Source: an uncultured virus (IMG/VR IMGVR_UViG_3300013004_000043) (Duplodnaviria > Heunggongvirae > Uroviricota > Caudoviricetes). From it: a DNA stretch of 64,000 bases. The position numbers were made by a program, and so were the translations under genes. Positions 16,219-27,734 of the stretch are shown here, one piece after another (position 1 is the first letter of the stretch; each line of letters starts with the position of its first letter). Below the pieces are notes generated by a model. The model was not told the origin of the DNA and made no database searches. It saw nothing but the letters and a program-made list of their open reading frames with translations. Location: the IMG/VR virus record IMGVR_UViG_3300013004_000043, positions 1-64,000 of that record, one strand, 5' to 3'.

Positions 16219-19200
16219 TTACTGCTCGTCGGCTAAAACCTGCTTGGCCTTTTTGAACGTTGGCTCTAAGCCGCTTGCATCGGCCCCGAGAAACTTACCG
16301 GTTGCATCAAAGTATTTTTGAACACTTACTCCGTACGGCACTTCAGGGTTCTCGGCGACCCATAGCTTTGCAGTGAGTCCTGGCAATGTCCATCCCGTGT
16401 GAATTATCTCACCGGCTTCTAGAGCTTGCCGTGTGACCTCAAGCTTTACTGGCGATGTGTTTAGGCTGTTACAATGCTCGACTGCCGCGTTAAGCTCAAA
16501 CCAGTCATGATACCAACGATTGCCGTCTTCGTCTTTTGGGTAATCAACATCGTCGTTTTCTTCATCAACAAAACAATCACCTAAATCAGCAGCGTTGCTA
16601 AGCAGCGAATTAGCAGCGATTAAAAGCCTCTGGTAGCTTTCATGTAACGGATCAGACATAATGAAATTTCCTTTAAACAAGTTAAACACTTGAGACTGAT
16701 GTTACGGTAGCAACCGGAAGGTTACTTGCCGATTTCCAAGTTCGGAAAGTTAGGAATCTCTAACTTCTCGATAAAATCTTTAACGAACATGTAGCGGTTT
16801 TCCTGCAGTTCGCTTAACCTGACTGCAATTTCACCGTCGCCATCAGCGAAATACTGCTTGTAGACTCCGTCAACCCAGTACTCAACACTAGCTTCCTGCT
16901 CCCATTTAGCGTTCCAATGTAAAGACAAGGCGATACCATTCGTTGTGCAGTATTTAATGATATCCTGGAAATCGCTTTCAACGCAGTCAACAAACGCTCC
17001 CGAGCCATCGGCGTCAAGTTCATTCTCGAGACAAACCTTTAGCAGTTTTTTGCAGCGGTTGAACTGAGCTTGAGTAAGTATGCCGCCCAAGTAAACTGTT
17101 CCGCAAAATCTATCAGCCATCGTAAAATCTCCTTGTGTTTCCAAAAACAAAAACCGTTCCTAGCCGAGCGTCGCTTCACTTGCCTGCACGAATGAGCGCG
17201 ACTTGAACCAAGATCCCCACGCCGAGAACTAAGCTAGCCACCAAAAGAAAGCAGATAAAATCTAGCTTCGCCAAAACGAGACCATTTTCAGGTTTGGGCA
17301 ACGGTGTCGTATTTCCGTGCGTAGTGCCTTCCGTGCTGGCATGACCTTCTGTCGCTTGGCTTTGAAACTCACGTTGCTTCGCGTCGAATCGCATGGCTTG
17401 TTGCAACGTAGAGAAATGTCTACGGTGCTTTTTTTCCAGTTTCCTTAACTCGTCAAAAGAATCCATAATTAAAATCCTCTGCAAAAGGTTGTCTGTTATT
17501 TCTCGTTTAACTTAGCCAAGAAATCTTTGATGTCGTCTTTTAATCCGTAGACCCGGATTGCCTTATCCTGCGATCTTTTAAGCAAATCAACCGCTTCGTC
17601 GAACAAAGCAAGTCGCAAAGCGTCTTGCTTGTCCTGCTCGCTGGCTAGCAAGTCTTGGACGAGGCTCGCAGCCCTTCTTACGTAGGCTGGCTTCGAGGCT
17701 GCCACGGCGGCCTCGAGAGCCTTCTCGATGATCTCTTGCTGTTCCGGCGGGCAAGTATCCACAATCTCCCCAATGCCGTGGCGTTGGGGCCGAGGATAAA
17801 AGAAAACCGAGTATCCCCGATCCTCCAAAAAATTGATAACATCGCATTGGAGCTCGTCCAGCAGATCGTCGAAGTCGACGTCATAACAGGCTTCTTCGCC
17901 AGCTCCTGCGATGGTCAAAGCCGACTCGACCAAGCCTTCAATGTAGTTTGATTGTCGCCAATGCTCATTCTGCGAGTAAAAGACGATATCGGCTGTATCT
18001 CTTTGTGCTTCTTCCCACTCACTCTCGGTTATCCAGCGAAACCCCTCGGGCATATTCTCAGGGTCAATAGTCCAAGGGTCAACTCCGTCAGGGCCGCCGA
18101 CAGCCACTAGGTTTGCATTTTGCGGGTCCAGGTCGTAGATACGCAAGCCATTAAAAACGCTATCAGTACGCCTTGCAAGTTTACTTGCTACCATTTGCTA
18201 TTCCTTTCCAAGACATTTGTTGCATGTTACCAGCTTGGGATCGTTCGTATAACGAGAGTGATAACCTCCGTAGCCACAAACATATCCGACGTCATAGTCG
18301 CCGCGAGGAAATGAACCTTCTCGCATTCCGCGATAGTTAGGGTCGTTGCTTCTATCTTTCCTTAGATGCACTACCGTTTCTCTCTTGCTAAACTGAGATA
18401 CTTTACCTCTGTGTTTGATTGACATGTTCTTATTTTCGGCTTCTATGTTGATAGTTTCCTTGCACTATGTCGTCGTAAATAAGATCAGGTGTTACAAAAT
18501 CACCAAGTTCCAGGCAAGTTTCTAACCACTCCGAGAAAAGATACGACTTGTCGTAAAATGTATCTCTAGCCCAGATCTCAGCTAAACCTAACGCAGCTTT
18601 AGCTTTCTTCGCAAACTCATCAAAAGTTTCTTCACACACGCTAAACTAATTCCCTGGTAAAAGGTCTTGGTACCATTGGTTGATACTCAAAAAGATACAT
18701 CTCTGCGGCGTCTTTGCTTGCGGTGGGTATAGACTTACAATCTATGTCTTGCTTGAAGATAGTTGCATTAAAGTCGTCACCGCGAGAAACCGCTTCATCG
18801 TAAGCGTTTTGAATCAACCACTTATCGACTTTCTTGAACAAGCTAGCTGTAATTTTACTGAACTTAGGAAACGGTGTAGTATATCTTCCCGAGAGAGTGC
18901 GTACAATTTCACCAGAAGCCAGCTTACAACCAACAAAACCTTGTCTAATTGTCATCGTCGTTCTCCCAAGTAACTGTTACAGGTTTAATGCTATGATTAT
19001 TTTTCGCTCTAGCGAAATCATCATATTGCCATTTAGCCGCCAGATCGAAATCATAAAAAGTTGGAGTTGCTTGTCCAGTTAGCGAAAAAGCCATTGGACC
19101 CCATTCTTTTAAAGCTATACACTTGTTATCTACAATCAAACCAAATAAGTTTTTCATTTTTCTCCTGCTAGCATATCTTTAAAAAGTTTACCCGGCCCGG

Positions 19201-21871
19201 TAATACCTAGCCAACTACCATAGGTACCGTCACCGTAGAGCTTAGGAGGGCTAACAAACTGCCGGAGTTCCGCTTCAGAGTAAGTGATTGGACCCGGTTT
19301 ACGACAACCTTCAATGTACCAAAGAGGCACACTGCGGCAGCCGAATAGCTTTATCATTTCTCGCCACTCAGAAATAAGCAAAGCCGTGTCTGTAAATCCA
19401 CGGCTTCTAAGTTTCTTCGACGCTTTGCTCAATGTATCGCCTACATTACGGCAAATGCGTATCTGCTGTATTTCTTTGCTGTATTTCATCTAATTCCTGC
19501 TGTTTAAGATCGAAATGATGTAGGTGCTTCGTCGACGGAAGATCCAACATTGTGTCGTCAAGCTTTACAACCAAGTCGATGGCCTTTAAAACCTCTATGT
19601 TGATCTGGTTAGCAATGCCTTCATCGATCTTTCTCGCGTCGTGTTTAGCACTATCGCCTAGCTCCAAAGCATCACTTTGGATAGATCGCAATATATCAAC
19701 AATCTGATTGATTGTTATAACCTTCCAATGTTGTTTTGTAGCCATCTTATCTTCTCCTGATAGAGTTTGTTGCCATGAACATTTCTTTACTGTGTTTCAT
19801 TTGATTCTGGATCCTCGAAAGGTAGAAGGTGACAACCACAACCGTGCGGGCAGAGCCAAGCCCGATAACCGCCGGTTTCGCACGTAGCTTGTTCCTCGGC
19901 ATACTGCCATATCTGGTCGCCAACATGCTGCCAACCGTTTAGCTCTGCGGCTTCAAAAATATCGTCAAGTTTGTAACCGCAACCGTTTTCATCCGACCAT
20001 TCTCTAAAAACGTCTTTAAGCCAAGCTATTTCGTACCCGTCACCAGAGTCTGCCCTATCAACCTTTCGCTTGAGTTGTCTTTGCAGCGATTTGTAGGCTT
20101 CGTTTGAATGCGACCACACCCAAGCCATACTAGTTTTCTCCTAACTTTATTCCTAGTTGCGTAACTTTCTTTTCTACCTCAAGCATACCCGACAACAACG
20201 CACTATCGTGCCGATCTAAGCAATCTTTAAGCTCGCTAGCGGCTTTTACTCGATCAACTACAATTTGGCATGCCGCAGTTTTGACCTCGTCGATATACTC
20301 GACTTCTCCAAATTGAGAATCAAGCAAACAAATCAAATCGTCTTGAATTTGCTCACTAAGCTTTCGCAAAAACCACCTGTAATCATTTTCTTTAACGTCG
20401 ACTTTAGGGTTATAACCTCTAGGTACTAAGTTGTCGTCGGCAAGATAATCCACTAAATTCCATTGGTAAACGGAATCCGGCGTCGGGCCTTGTTTTCTCA
20501 CAGGGTCTTGTAGCAGCAAGTCGAATCTACCGCCGAGCAGCTCCCGGCAATGTACATGTAGAACTGCCGCATAACAACCATTGTGTAAAAACACATAAGG
20601 AGCAGCAACGGCTTCTGCTTCTCGTCTTCGGCTAACTAAATCACGCAACACGTGTAACCCCCATGTTTAATAGTTCTTCTTCAATTTTTCGGCTCAGGTG
20701 TAAATCAACAAACTCAGATCCGCAACTAGAACACGTAGGCATTTCTATGCCCTTTAGGTTTACAGTATGCAACTTTGAATTTATTTTTACCTCCATACTA
20801 CAGTCACGAATAACTGGTTGAACTGTTTTAGTGTCGCAATAGCAACACCACCAAGGAAAAGGCTTGTCCATTTAATTAGCTCCCGTGATTGTCGCGTTCA
20901 GGTTTAAATGGCACAAAACCGTTGCAGTTTTCTTTGACCCATTTAAGTCTTTCTTCTTCCGTTGAAAACCCGGCGGTAAACGCACAGTTACTACCTCTGA
21001 AAAACTTAACGACATAGAACATTCCGTTTCTTTCGTGCGTGTAATAACGATTCAACTGAAACATCGGTAAATCTTTTACAGTCAATTGCTTTCCACCTTC
21101 TTGCAGCAAGCAAAAGTACCAGTACGAAACGCACGGCTTTCACCTAGCCGCCTATACCAGCCTTTGCCTGCGTAAACGTAAACCTGCGGGTTTTCTTTTT
21201 TATCTGTAGGCCAAGTGAACCTATCACCCGGCTGCAGCCAGCGAATGAGTGTACCGGAGCCGTAAAGCTCTTGACCCCATACGCTGGCTGCTATTTCTCT
21301 TTGTTCGATTGCGGTCATTTAACCTTCCAGTTCTACACGATTAGCAAGGTCGGCTCGGCCTATCGAGATTGCAAATTCACTTGTTTTTCGAATTGCAGTT
21401 TCCCTATCTAAAACCTTGCCGTCATAGTGTGTCCAAATTTCAGCAGTATACAATCCGCCATCAGTTGCAGCATCGATAGCCCAACCATCGAAGTCTCGAA
21501 TAACTCTTAGTGTTGTCGCTTGCTGCGGTGTAATGTAGTCATACCGGTCGAAAGGCATTTGCACGCCTTCAACGATGTCGTCTTCTAACATATGTTTTCT
21601 TCGCTGCTCTTTCTGTCGTTATTCCAATCGTCGATGTGCTGTAGCTTTATACTTGCTAGTACCCTTTAGCGTCTAATTCCGCTTTTAGCTCGTCTTGAAT
21701 AGCTGAATCTCTTGAAAGAACAAGCTGAAGGTCTATTTCATTGTCCGTCAGTATCGACACGGGCATTGATAACAGTTTTCGATAAAGTTCGATCTTCAGC
21801 TCGCTTAAATGCTGTGAATCTCTTGTCATAAATTCATAGTTACCGGTTGCCGTTTGATTTACCTCTGCCAT
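16219..21871 (-). other. Block of about 17 small co-oriented phage accessory ORFs (69-232 aa)
   Basis: Continuous, often stop/start-coupled minus-strand ORFs; no recognisable domains except 20641..20871. Confidence 0.7.
20641..20871 (-). CDS. YgiT/MqsA-type zinc-finger protein lacking the HTH domain
   Basis: DKPFPWWCCYC...HTVNLKGIEMPTCSSCGSEF two-CxxC ribbon like the MqsA N-terminal domain. Confidence 0.65.
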   Translation of the reverse strand: MDKPFPWWCCYCDTKTVQPVIRDCSMEVKINSKLHTVNLKGIEMPTCSSCGSEFVDLHLSRKIEEELLNMGVTRVA

Positions 21872-21915
21872 AGCTTAGGCTCCTTTTCAGTGTTTGTAGC
21901 TTCAAAAGAATCTTC

Positions 21916-23862
21916 TTAACGTTGACTTTCATTTTCTGTCAACTTCATACCGAACGGGGTTCCGTCTTGTTTTACAAAAGCCTCAAAAGCTTCTTCCCAT
22001 GTGTAGCTATCTTCACCGATCCAACAACAGGTGTCGTGGATAGCGTCGATACGATACAATGAAAACGTGCTGCTCTTGCGTCTTAATCGCGTGTCAAAAA
22101 ACGGTTCTGCCTCTTGGCCGTTTAAGAACGGTCGATATTGCTGAGAAATCTCCATGGCGGTTTGATCTTTTTCTAAATCTACCACCACTAAGTCAGACAG
22201 CTTTTCCGGCCAGTCGTCATCTGGGTTTCCAACTTCTCGACTTTCGATCCTGATCTTACATCCATTCGCCGCCTCGGCAATGTTGTATCCGTAGATCGGA
22301 TGGGTAATGTCCTCTAGCTTTCCATTGACATACAAGGCTTCCCTGTTGTCTTGATCGTTGACGATGACCAACTTTTTGACCGGTTCAGGCTCGATCATTT
22401 CTCGCTCTTCAAAAACCAAATTGTTTTTCCGCACTAAATCAAACAGATTTTCTGGCCATTCCTTTACAGGTTTTTTAGCGACGTAGTTTTCAATCCTGAC
22501 TGCGCGACCTTTTGCAACCTCAGCCATGAAGCAGTCGTAGCTTGTTTCGCTGCTTCGATTCAAAACGCCATTGACGTAAAAAACCTGGTCCCCTTTTTGA
22601 TTGGTCACAACGACGAAATGCTTGCCTGGTTCTGGTTCGGCAGCCACAAGCCGGATCGCTGGCCACATATCACGGCTCGCCTCCTCGACTCGATCACCGA
22701 TCACAAGCCAGTCTTTGCAGCTCAGCGACCAGTAGCCATCAGACGCCAGCCGAGGCTCATCGCCAAGCAGCCGAAAGCCTTTGGGTACAGGAAGCTCGGA
22801 TTTGCACGGAGCGATCGGCACTTCGATTCGGCAATGAGCCCAGCGGTGAATGCTGCCTTGCGAAGCCGTAACGAAGGGGAACCCGTACTCTTGAAAAATG
22901 TGAATGAGCAATTTCTTTTCCCAGTTATCGCCACTCCCTTGTCGCACTTCGCAATTGATAGCCCCACTTGCTAGGTCAGCTAGTGTCGGCGTGCGGTGCT
23001 GCTTGGGTTCAGGCTCGTACTTTTCAAGCTCGGAAATTGCGCACCATCGGGAAAAATTTGAGTAGTTGCTTCGGAACAAATACTCGCTTTGCAAAACGCA
23101 TGATATTCGCCCGATTGTTCCACACTTAGCGTGATTCGGATTTACGAATCGAACTTGATCGCCTTGTGCTGGCTTCCAGGGTTCAGGCTTGGTTTCAACA
23201 GGCACTTCGATTCGGCATTGGTTCCAATGCCTCTCAATTTCCAAACTCCTGTTCTTGGCCCGAAAGCGATTAGATACTGAATCGTGAATATCAACCAAAA
23301 GCCCTGATATCCATATATCAGAAGTATAGTTTCGCACTTCGCATTCAATCGGACCGTTCCTTAGATCAGCTAGCGTCGGCTCTCGATGCTTTTCTGAGGT
23401 CGGTTCAGGTTTAACCACAACTGGACTGAATGCTTCAATGACCTCAGCACCAACATTCTTGCCGATTTCTTCGACAGGCTCTTTAATCGGTCGGCAGTAC
23501 CAAGCAGGAGCTGCAACCGCCAACGAAGGAAAAAATCCTTCCCCCAGGTAGTTCCAGCCTGCACCCCAGTTAATGAAGTCCCCAGGCATCGGCTCTTCGT
23601 TGTCCTCAAGCATTCGGCAGCCGTCCTTGGGAATGCGTGTCGGTGCTGGCTCGACGTACACTTGGCAATGCGTCCAGTAAGCGTTTCTCGCCGCCCAGTT
23701 GCCGTTAATCCACCCCTGCAAAAACGCATCGTCTCGCCATGAATCAACGTCTTCGTTTCGGACCCTAGCCGGAATCGGCTTGCCAGTCTTTATAATTTCC
23801 GCAACATCGTCAGCGGTTGCGTCACGCCAGTTTTCGTCACCTTGCTTTTTTTCATCAGACAT
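21916..23862 (-). CDS. Large modular hypothetical protein (about 9 small modules, PEP linkers)
   Basis: Internal repeats HREPTLADL..GPIECEVR / HRTPTLADL..GAINCEVR and two YVNG..WPE.L.DL modules. Confidence 0.8.
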   Translation of the reverse strand: MSDEKKQGDENWRDATADDVAEIIKTGKPIPARVRNEDVDSWRDDAFLQGWINGNWAARNAYWTHCQVYVEPAPTRIPKDGCRMLEDNEEPMPGDFINWGAGWNYLGEGFFPSLAVAAPAWYCRPIKEPVEEIGKNVGAEVIEAFSPVVVKPEPTSEKHREPTLADLRNGPIECEVRNYTSDIWISGLLVDIHDSVSNRFRAKNRSLEIERHWNQCRIEVPVETKPEPWKPAQGDQVRFVNPNHAKCGTIGRISCVLQSEYLFRSNYSNFSRWCAISELEKYEPEPKQHRTPTLADLASGAINCEVRQGSGDNWEKKLLIHIFQEYGFPFVTASQGSIHRWAHCRIEVPIAPCKSELPVPKGFRLLGDEPRLASDGYWSLSCKDWLVIGDRVEEASRDMWPAIRLVAAEPEPGKHFVVVTNQKGDQVFYVNGVLNRSSETSYDCFMAEVAKGRAVRIENYVAKKPVKEWPENLFDLVRKNNLVFEEREMIEPEPVKKLVIVNDQDNREALYVNGKLEDITHPIYGYNIAEAANGCKIRIESREVGNPDDDWPEKLSDLVVVDLEKDQTAMEISQQYRPFLNGQEAEPFFDTRLRRKSSTFSLYRIDAIHDTCCWIGEDSYTWEEAFEAFVKQDGTPFGMKLTENESQR

Positions 23863-23901
23863 TTGCAGTTTGCCCTTTCAGGGTCTTGGGTTTACGAATC
23901 G

Positions 23902-24368
23902 TCCGTGTATCTAACGCCACGAATCAAAAATTAAAAAATTTCGTCGCAGTGATCTATAACGTTAAAACCAGCCTCGTTTAGTTTGGATTGTAAAAAGCCA
24001 TACAGCATGCCTAGATTTGCATTTGTGGTTTCGCACCCACCACGAGAGTCGCCACGAGCGTTTCGCAACTCCAGAGCATAAATCGGAACATTGTCATTTT
24101 GTGATGGAGCAGAATCACCGCAAGGATCAACAAACGGCGTGAGTCGCAGGATATCGTCATCACAGCCCGAGGCCATGATATAGATTGTATTGAGATCGTA
24201 ATCACCACCCCTTTCTGCGGATACTTCCATTTCGCACTTGACGGGCGATTGATCCAAAATTTCCTTGAGTATTACACTGCTCCAGATGTTTAATTGATTT
24301 TCAGACATGTTAACCTTTTCGTTTTCCTGCTAGAAGAATATCTAAATATCCGTGTATCTAACGCCACG
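23902..24368. repeat. 20-bp direct repeat TCCGTGTATCTAACGCCACG flanking ORF 23931..24308
   Basis: Identical copies at 23902-23921 and 24349-24368, both intergenic. Confidence 0.9.
23931..24308 (-). CDS. Hypothetical protein
   Basis: 125-aa ORF with AAGG RBS between the direct repeats. Confidence 0.65.
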   Translation of the reverse strand: MSENQLNIWSSVILKEILDQSPVKCEMEVSAERGGDYDLNTIYIMASGCDDDILRLTPFVDPCGDSAPSQNDNVPIYALELRNARGDSRGGCETTNANLGMLYGFLQSKLNEAGFNVIDHCDEIF

Positions 24369-24396
24369 GACAGTTGTAAAAAAAACTTAGCACAGT

Positions 24397-25437
24397 TTAC
24401 GATTCTATCGGTTCGTCCAACACCAGATAGCCACCTGCCTGCCGCATCGTCGATCCTGGGTAGTGCTTCTCCAGCATATCGCCTAGTTTGCCGAGTACGA
24501 TCGCAGGGACCGGTAGCCTGATCTGCATGATCGGACGAACTTCGATTGGATTTGAGCCGAATACGCTTGCTGGTACGCCGCAGCGATCCATTGCGTATTC
24601 GATTTCATCTTTCTTTGGTTCCCATTCTCCCGACGGGTCCTCCAGTTGCTTTCCGTCCAACTTTCCCAAGTCCGAAAGTCTTCTTGGCCATTCCTCAGGG
24701 GCTGAAACCTCATAGCTGTCAAACCTGATTAAAGAACCCTTTGCAAGCTTGGCAATGTTGGTTCCGTAGATGGTTTCATCGAAGTCTTCCAAAATTCCGT
24801 CAACGTAAAGCGCTTGATCGCTTATCTCGTGATCACACACAAGGACCAACTGTTTGAACGGTTCGGGCTCATCAACTTGACCTGATTGATACTTTGCCCC
24901 GGCTTGGAAAGCTTGCCAATATTGCTCGATTCCAAGATCAAGATATCGACCATCGCCGTGAGTACGTAATTGATCAGCCTTCCATCCGTACCGCTTGAAC
25001 ATCTCGTTCTCAAAAGAATACCGCATCGAGCCAGTTAAGACCGGTTCGGGCTCTTCGACCACAAATCGGATCGCTGGCCACTTGTCACGGTTCGCAATCT
25101 CGACTCGACCTCCGATCAGAATCCAGTCGTGGTAACTCCAGTAACAATCAGACGCCAGCCTAGGTTCGTCGCCAAGCAATCGAAAGCCTTTGGGGATAGG
25201 CCCGACATCTTTGTGTTGGTCGGCGTGCTTGCCCGGTTCTGGCTCGATAGGAATTAAGTCGTATTCGCTTTCAATGTGGTCCCCTTCATACCTACCATTT
25301 CGATTCCACGAACACCATCGAATGTCGTAAGTATTTTCGCTCATTTTCAAAGTTCCTTGAAGCGGCCACCTGTCATTGGTACTCGTCCAAACACTGAGAA
25401 CAGGATACCCACCCCTAGATTCAGTTTTCCAACTCAT
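24397..25437 (-). CDS. Modular hypothetical protein
   Basis: Shares the PKGFRLLGDEPRLASD, ALYV.G..WP.RLSDL and KRYGW modules with paralogues. Confidence 0.75.
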   Translation of the reverse strand: MSWKTESRGGYPVLSVWTSTNDRWPLQGTLKMSENTYDIRWCSWNRNGRYEGDHIESEYDLIPIEPEPGKHADQHKDVGPIPKGFRLLGDEPRLASDCYWSYHDWILIGGRVEIANRDKWPAIRFVVEEPEPVLTGSMRYSFENEMFKRYGWKADQLRTHGDGRYLDLGIEQYWQAFQAGAKYQSGQVDEPEPFKQLVLVCDHEISDQALYVDGILEDFDETIYGTNIAKLAKGSLIRFDSYEVSAPEEWPRRLSDLGKLDGKQLEDPSGEWEPKKDEIEYAMDRCGVPASVFGSNPIEVRPIMQIRLPVPAIVLGKLGDMLEKHYPGSTMRQAGGYLVLDEPIES

Positions 25438-25911
25438 TTTTTCACCTTAAAAGCCTTTTTAAAATCTTCTGTTCGAAACTCGATAAGCTCTACCTCGTCC
25501 ACCGACGGGTGTATGTACCCGTCGACAATAGCTTGCACAATTTCTCTGATTTTGGAATCTTCACCGTCTAGAGGATCTATTAAACCAATTCTCACAGTCA
25601 CATCGATAGTGTCAGTCATTAATTTAAGTCCTCCAAGCCGGATAAAGCGTCGTTTACCTTGTTTTCCAAAGCAACCAGTTTTTGACTCAAAACCGCAATT
25701 TGTTTTTCAAGAATGGCATCTACTGCGTTCTGTATTTCTTTGTCTGTAAAAACAAAAGTCATGTCGATATCGTTTTCTAAACTGTCTAAAGCTTTAATTG
25801 TGTAGCAGTGGGCGTTGTAAAGTATGTTTCTTGCCTTGTATAACTTTTTTTGTTTTTCTTCTAGATCTTTAACTGCTGCAATGACTTCGTGCAAACGCAT
25901 GTGTTAACTCC

Positions 25912-25938
25912 AAAAAAAACCCGCCAAAATTTGGCGGG
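25912..25938 (-). terminator. Intrinsic terminator
   Basis: CCCGCCAAATTTTGGCGGG hairpin followed by T8 on the minus strand. Confidence 0.75.
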
Positions 25939-27025
25939 CTAGTGAAAGAAAAATCGACGCATTAAAAAATGTTCTAGGTTAGAACTTCTTGTGCGGCTGC
26001 CCAGTTATTAACATAACCTTGTCTTTTGTGAAGCTCCATAAGCACTTGAACTCGATTGTCTACCGCCCACAAACGGTTCAGCTTTTCATGATCACTTTTG
26101 TCGAGCGTTTGTAACCCCATCAAACAGCCGTTGGCTTTTGCAAACTCGTGAAACTCATTTGTAAGGAACATCTGCTCTAGAAGATCGGTCAGCTTCAACA
26201 TACCAGCATCTAAGCGAGGCTGCGGCATATCATGCTCAAGGCAGACACGTTTAAAACCGTTTAGGTAATCCACTACAACAACACGGTAGTCGATAAGACA
26301 ACCTGCGTATGCTCTGTCAAAAATGAAACAGTCTAACAGTTTTTGCAGCCAATGGAACGTTGAATTTTGAAAAGGCTCTGTAGGCTTTTCGTCGCGAATA
26401 ACCGCGTAAAATTTTTCCAGTATGTCTGAGTCAAATGTGTGATACATCAGCATAATAAGTCCTTGGTAACTAAGTGTCAACTTTAGGAAAGAGAAGCAGG
26501 TTCTTCTTCTGGCTCGTACTCAGGGCAACCTACTGTCATGCAAAAACCTTTTGATCTTATGTTAGTAAGATGTACGTCGCACCTACGTGCATAGTAGCCT
26601 AACGCTCTAAAGTGATCCAACGCCAGATCTGCTACTTCGTCTGACACATCAGGTACATCGACGGAGCAGGCGGTTCTACCTGCTTTTAATGCAGTCTGCA
26701 GTGTTTCGGTCAACAACAAGACCAAATGCTCTAGGGCGTAGATTTTTGCGGCTTTTGGTCCAAGACCAACGTTAAAACTCATGATTAAACTACCTCAAAA
26801 TTACAACATCTTCCAATGTCTCGACCCAGACCCTAGCTCCACAGCTAAGTGGTTTATCCGGTGAGTACTTAACCAAACAGGGTCCAGGTATATGCACCTC
26901 GTGCGCGTACCTGTTTGTCTTGCCTTGTTTGACGGTTATAACAGGTTCGTCTGCACCTGTCTTTAAATTTTTGCGTATAACCGCCTGATTTACGTGCACA
27001 ATCGTTTTCGCTTTTCTGGCCAAAG

Positions 27026-27364
27026 TTATTCTCCGTCGGCTATTTCAAGATCAACTGTAGTAGCCTCGTTGTGTTGCTCGATAGTGTACCAGTCGTTGTG
27101 TGTCACTGTATCTTCCTCCAGGTCGTAAGTAACATTGTCACCGAAGGCGTCACCGTCACCGGCACCGCCGTAGGAGTAAGCTTCTTGTGCCCAATCTTCA
27201 ATCTTATCTGAGAAGTCACCATCGTCGTCGCAATAGCCTGGATCAACGGATACTTCCAAATAGCCTTCATCGCTACCGCCTGAAAATTCAAGCAAAATCT
27301 TTTTTACTCCCAGCTGTTTGGCTTCCTCGTACAACAACTTCGGTAGAGGCAATACAAATGTCAT
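27026..27364 (-). CDS. DUF6878-like protein
   Basis: LGVKKILLEFSGGSDEG motif; adjacent to its usual DUF6915-like neighbour. Confidence 0.55.
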   Translation of the reverse strand: MTFVLPLPKLLYEEAKQLGVKKILLEFSGGSDEGYLEVSVDPGYCDDDGDFSDKIEDWAQEAYSYGGAGDGDAFGDNVTYDLEEDTVTHNDWYTIEQHNEATTVDLEIADGE

Positions 27365-27365
27365 G

Positions 27366-27734
27366 TTATTCTTTTCCTTCGACTTTTAGGGTTTTAGACA
27401 ACTTAACTCCGACACGCGTCATCCACGGCTGTGGTGTAATGTTTTGCAGCCAATCTTTCATACTTGGAATAAATCCACAATCCTCGGTAACATGCTGCTC
27501 ACCAATAGCCCTAACTGGAACTGTCCTATTGTTGGAGTTGGTTATAGTGACGCCAAACTCCCTTTCACACAAGAAGATACCCTCAGCGTGATGTCTGATG
27601 GCCCTGTGTCTAAAGTCAGCATAGGCCGACTTACTCTCATCAAACCAACTGTGTATCGCCAGATAATCCTCTGGCACACCTCCCCACTTCTTTACCGAAG
27701 ACAGGGAATGATTATAAGGATGTGACATAGCCAC
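27366..27734 (-). CDS. DUF6915-like protein
   Basis: HPYNHS.SS.KKWGG..EDYL.IH.WFDESK...DFRHRA.RHH.EGIF..E..FG..V.VR.IGEQHV.ED. Confidence 0.75.
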   Translation of the reverse strand: MAMSHPYNHSLSSVKKWGGVPEDYLAIHSWFDESKSAYADFRHRAIRHHAEGIFLCEREFGVTITNSNNRTVPVRAIGEQHVTEDCGFIPSMKDWLQNITPQPWMTRVGVKLSKTLKVEGKE

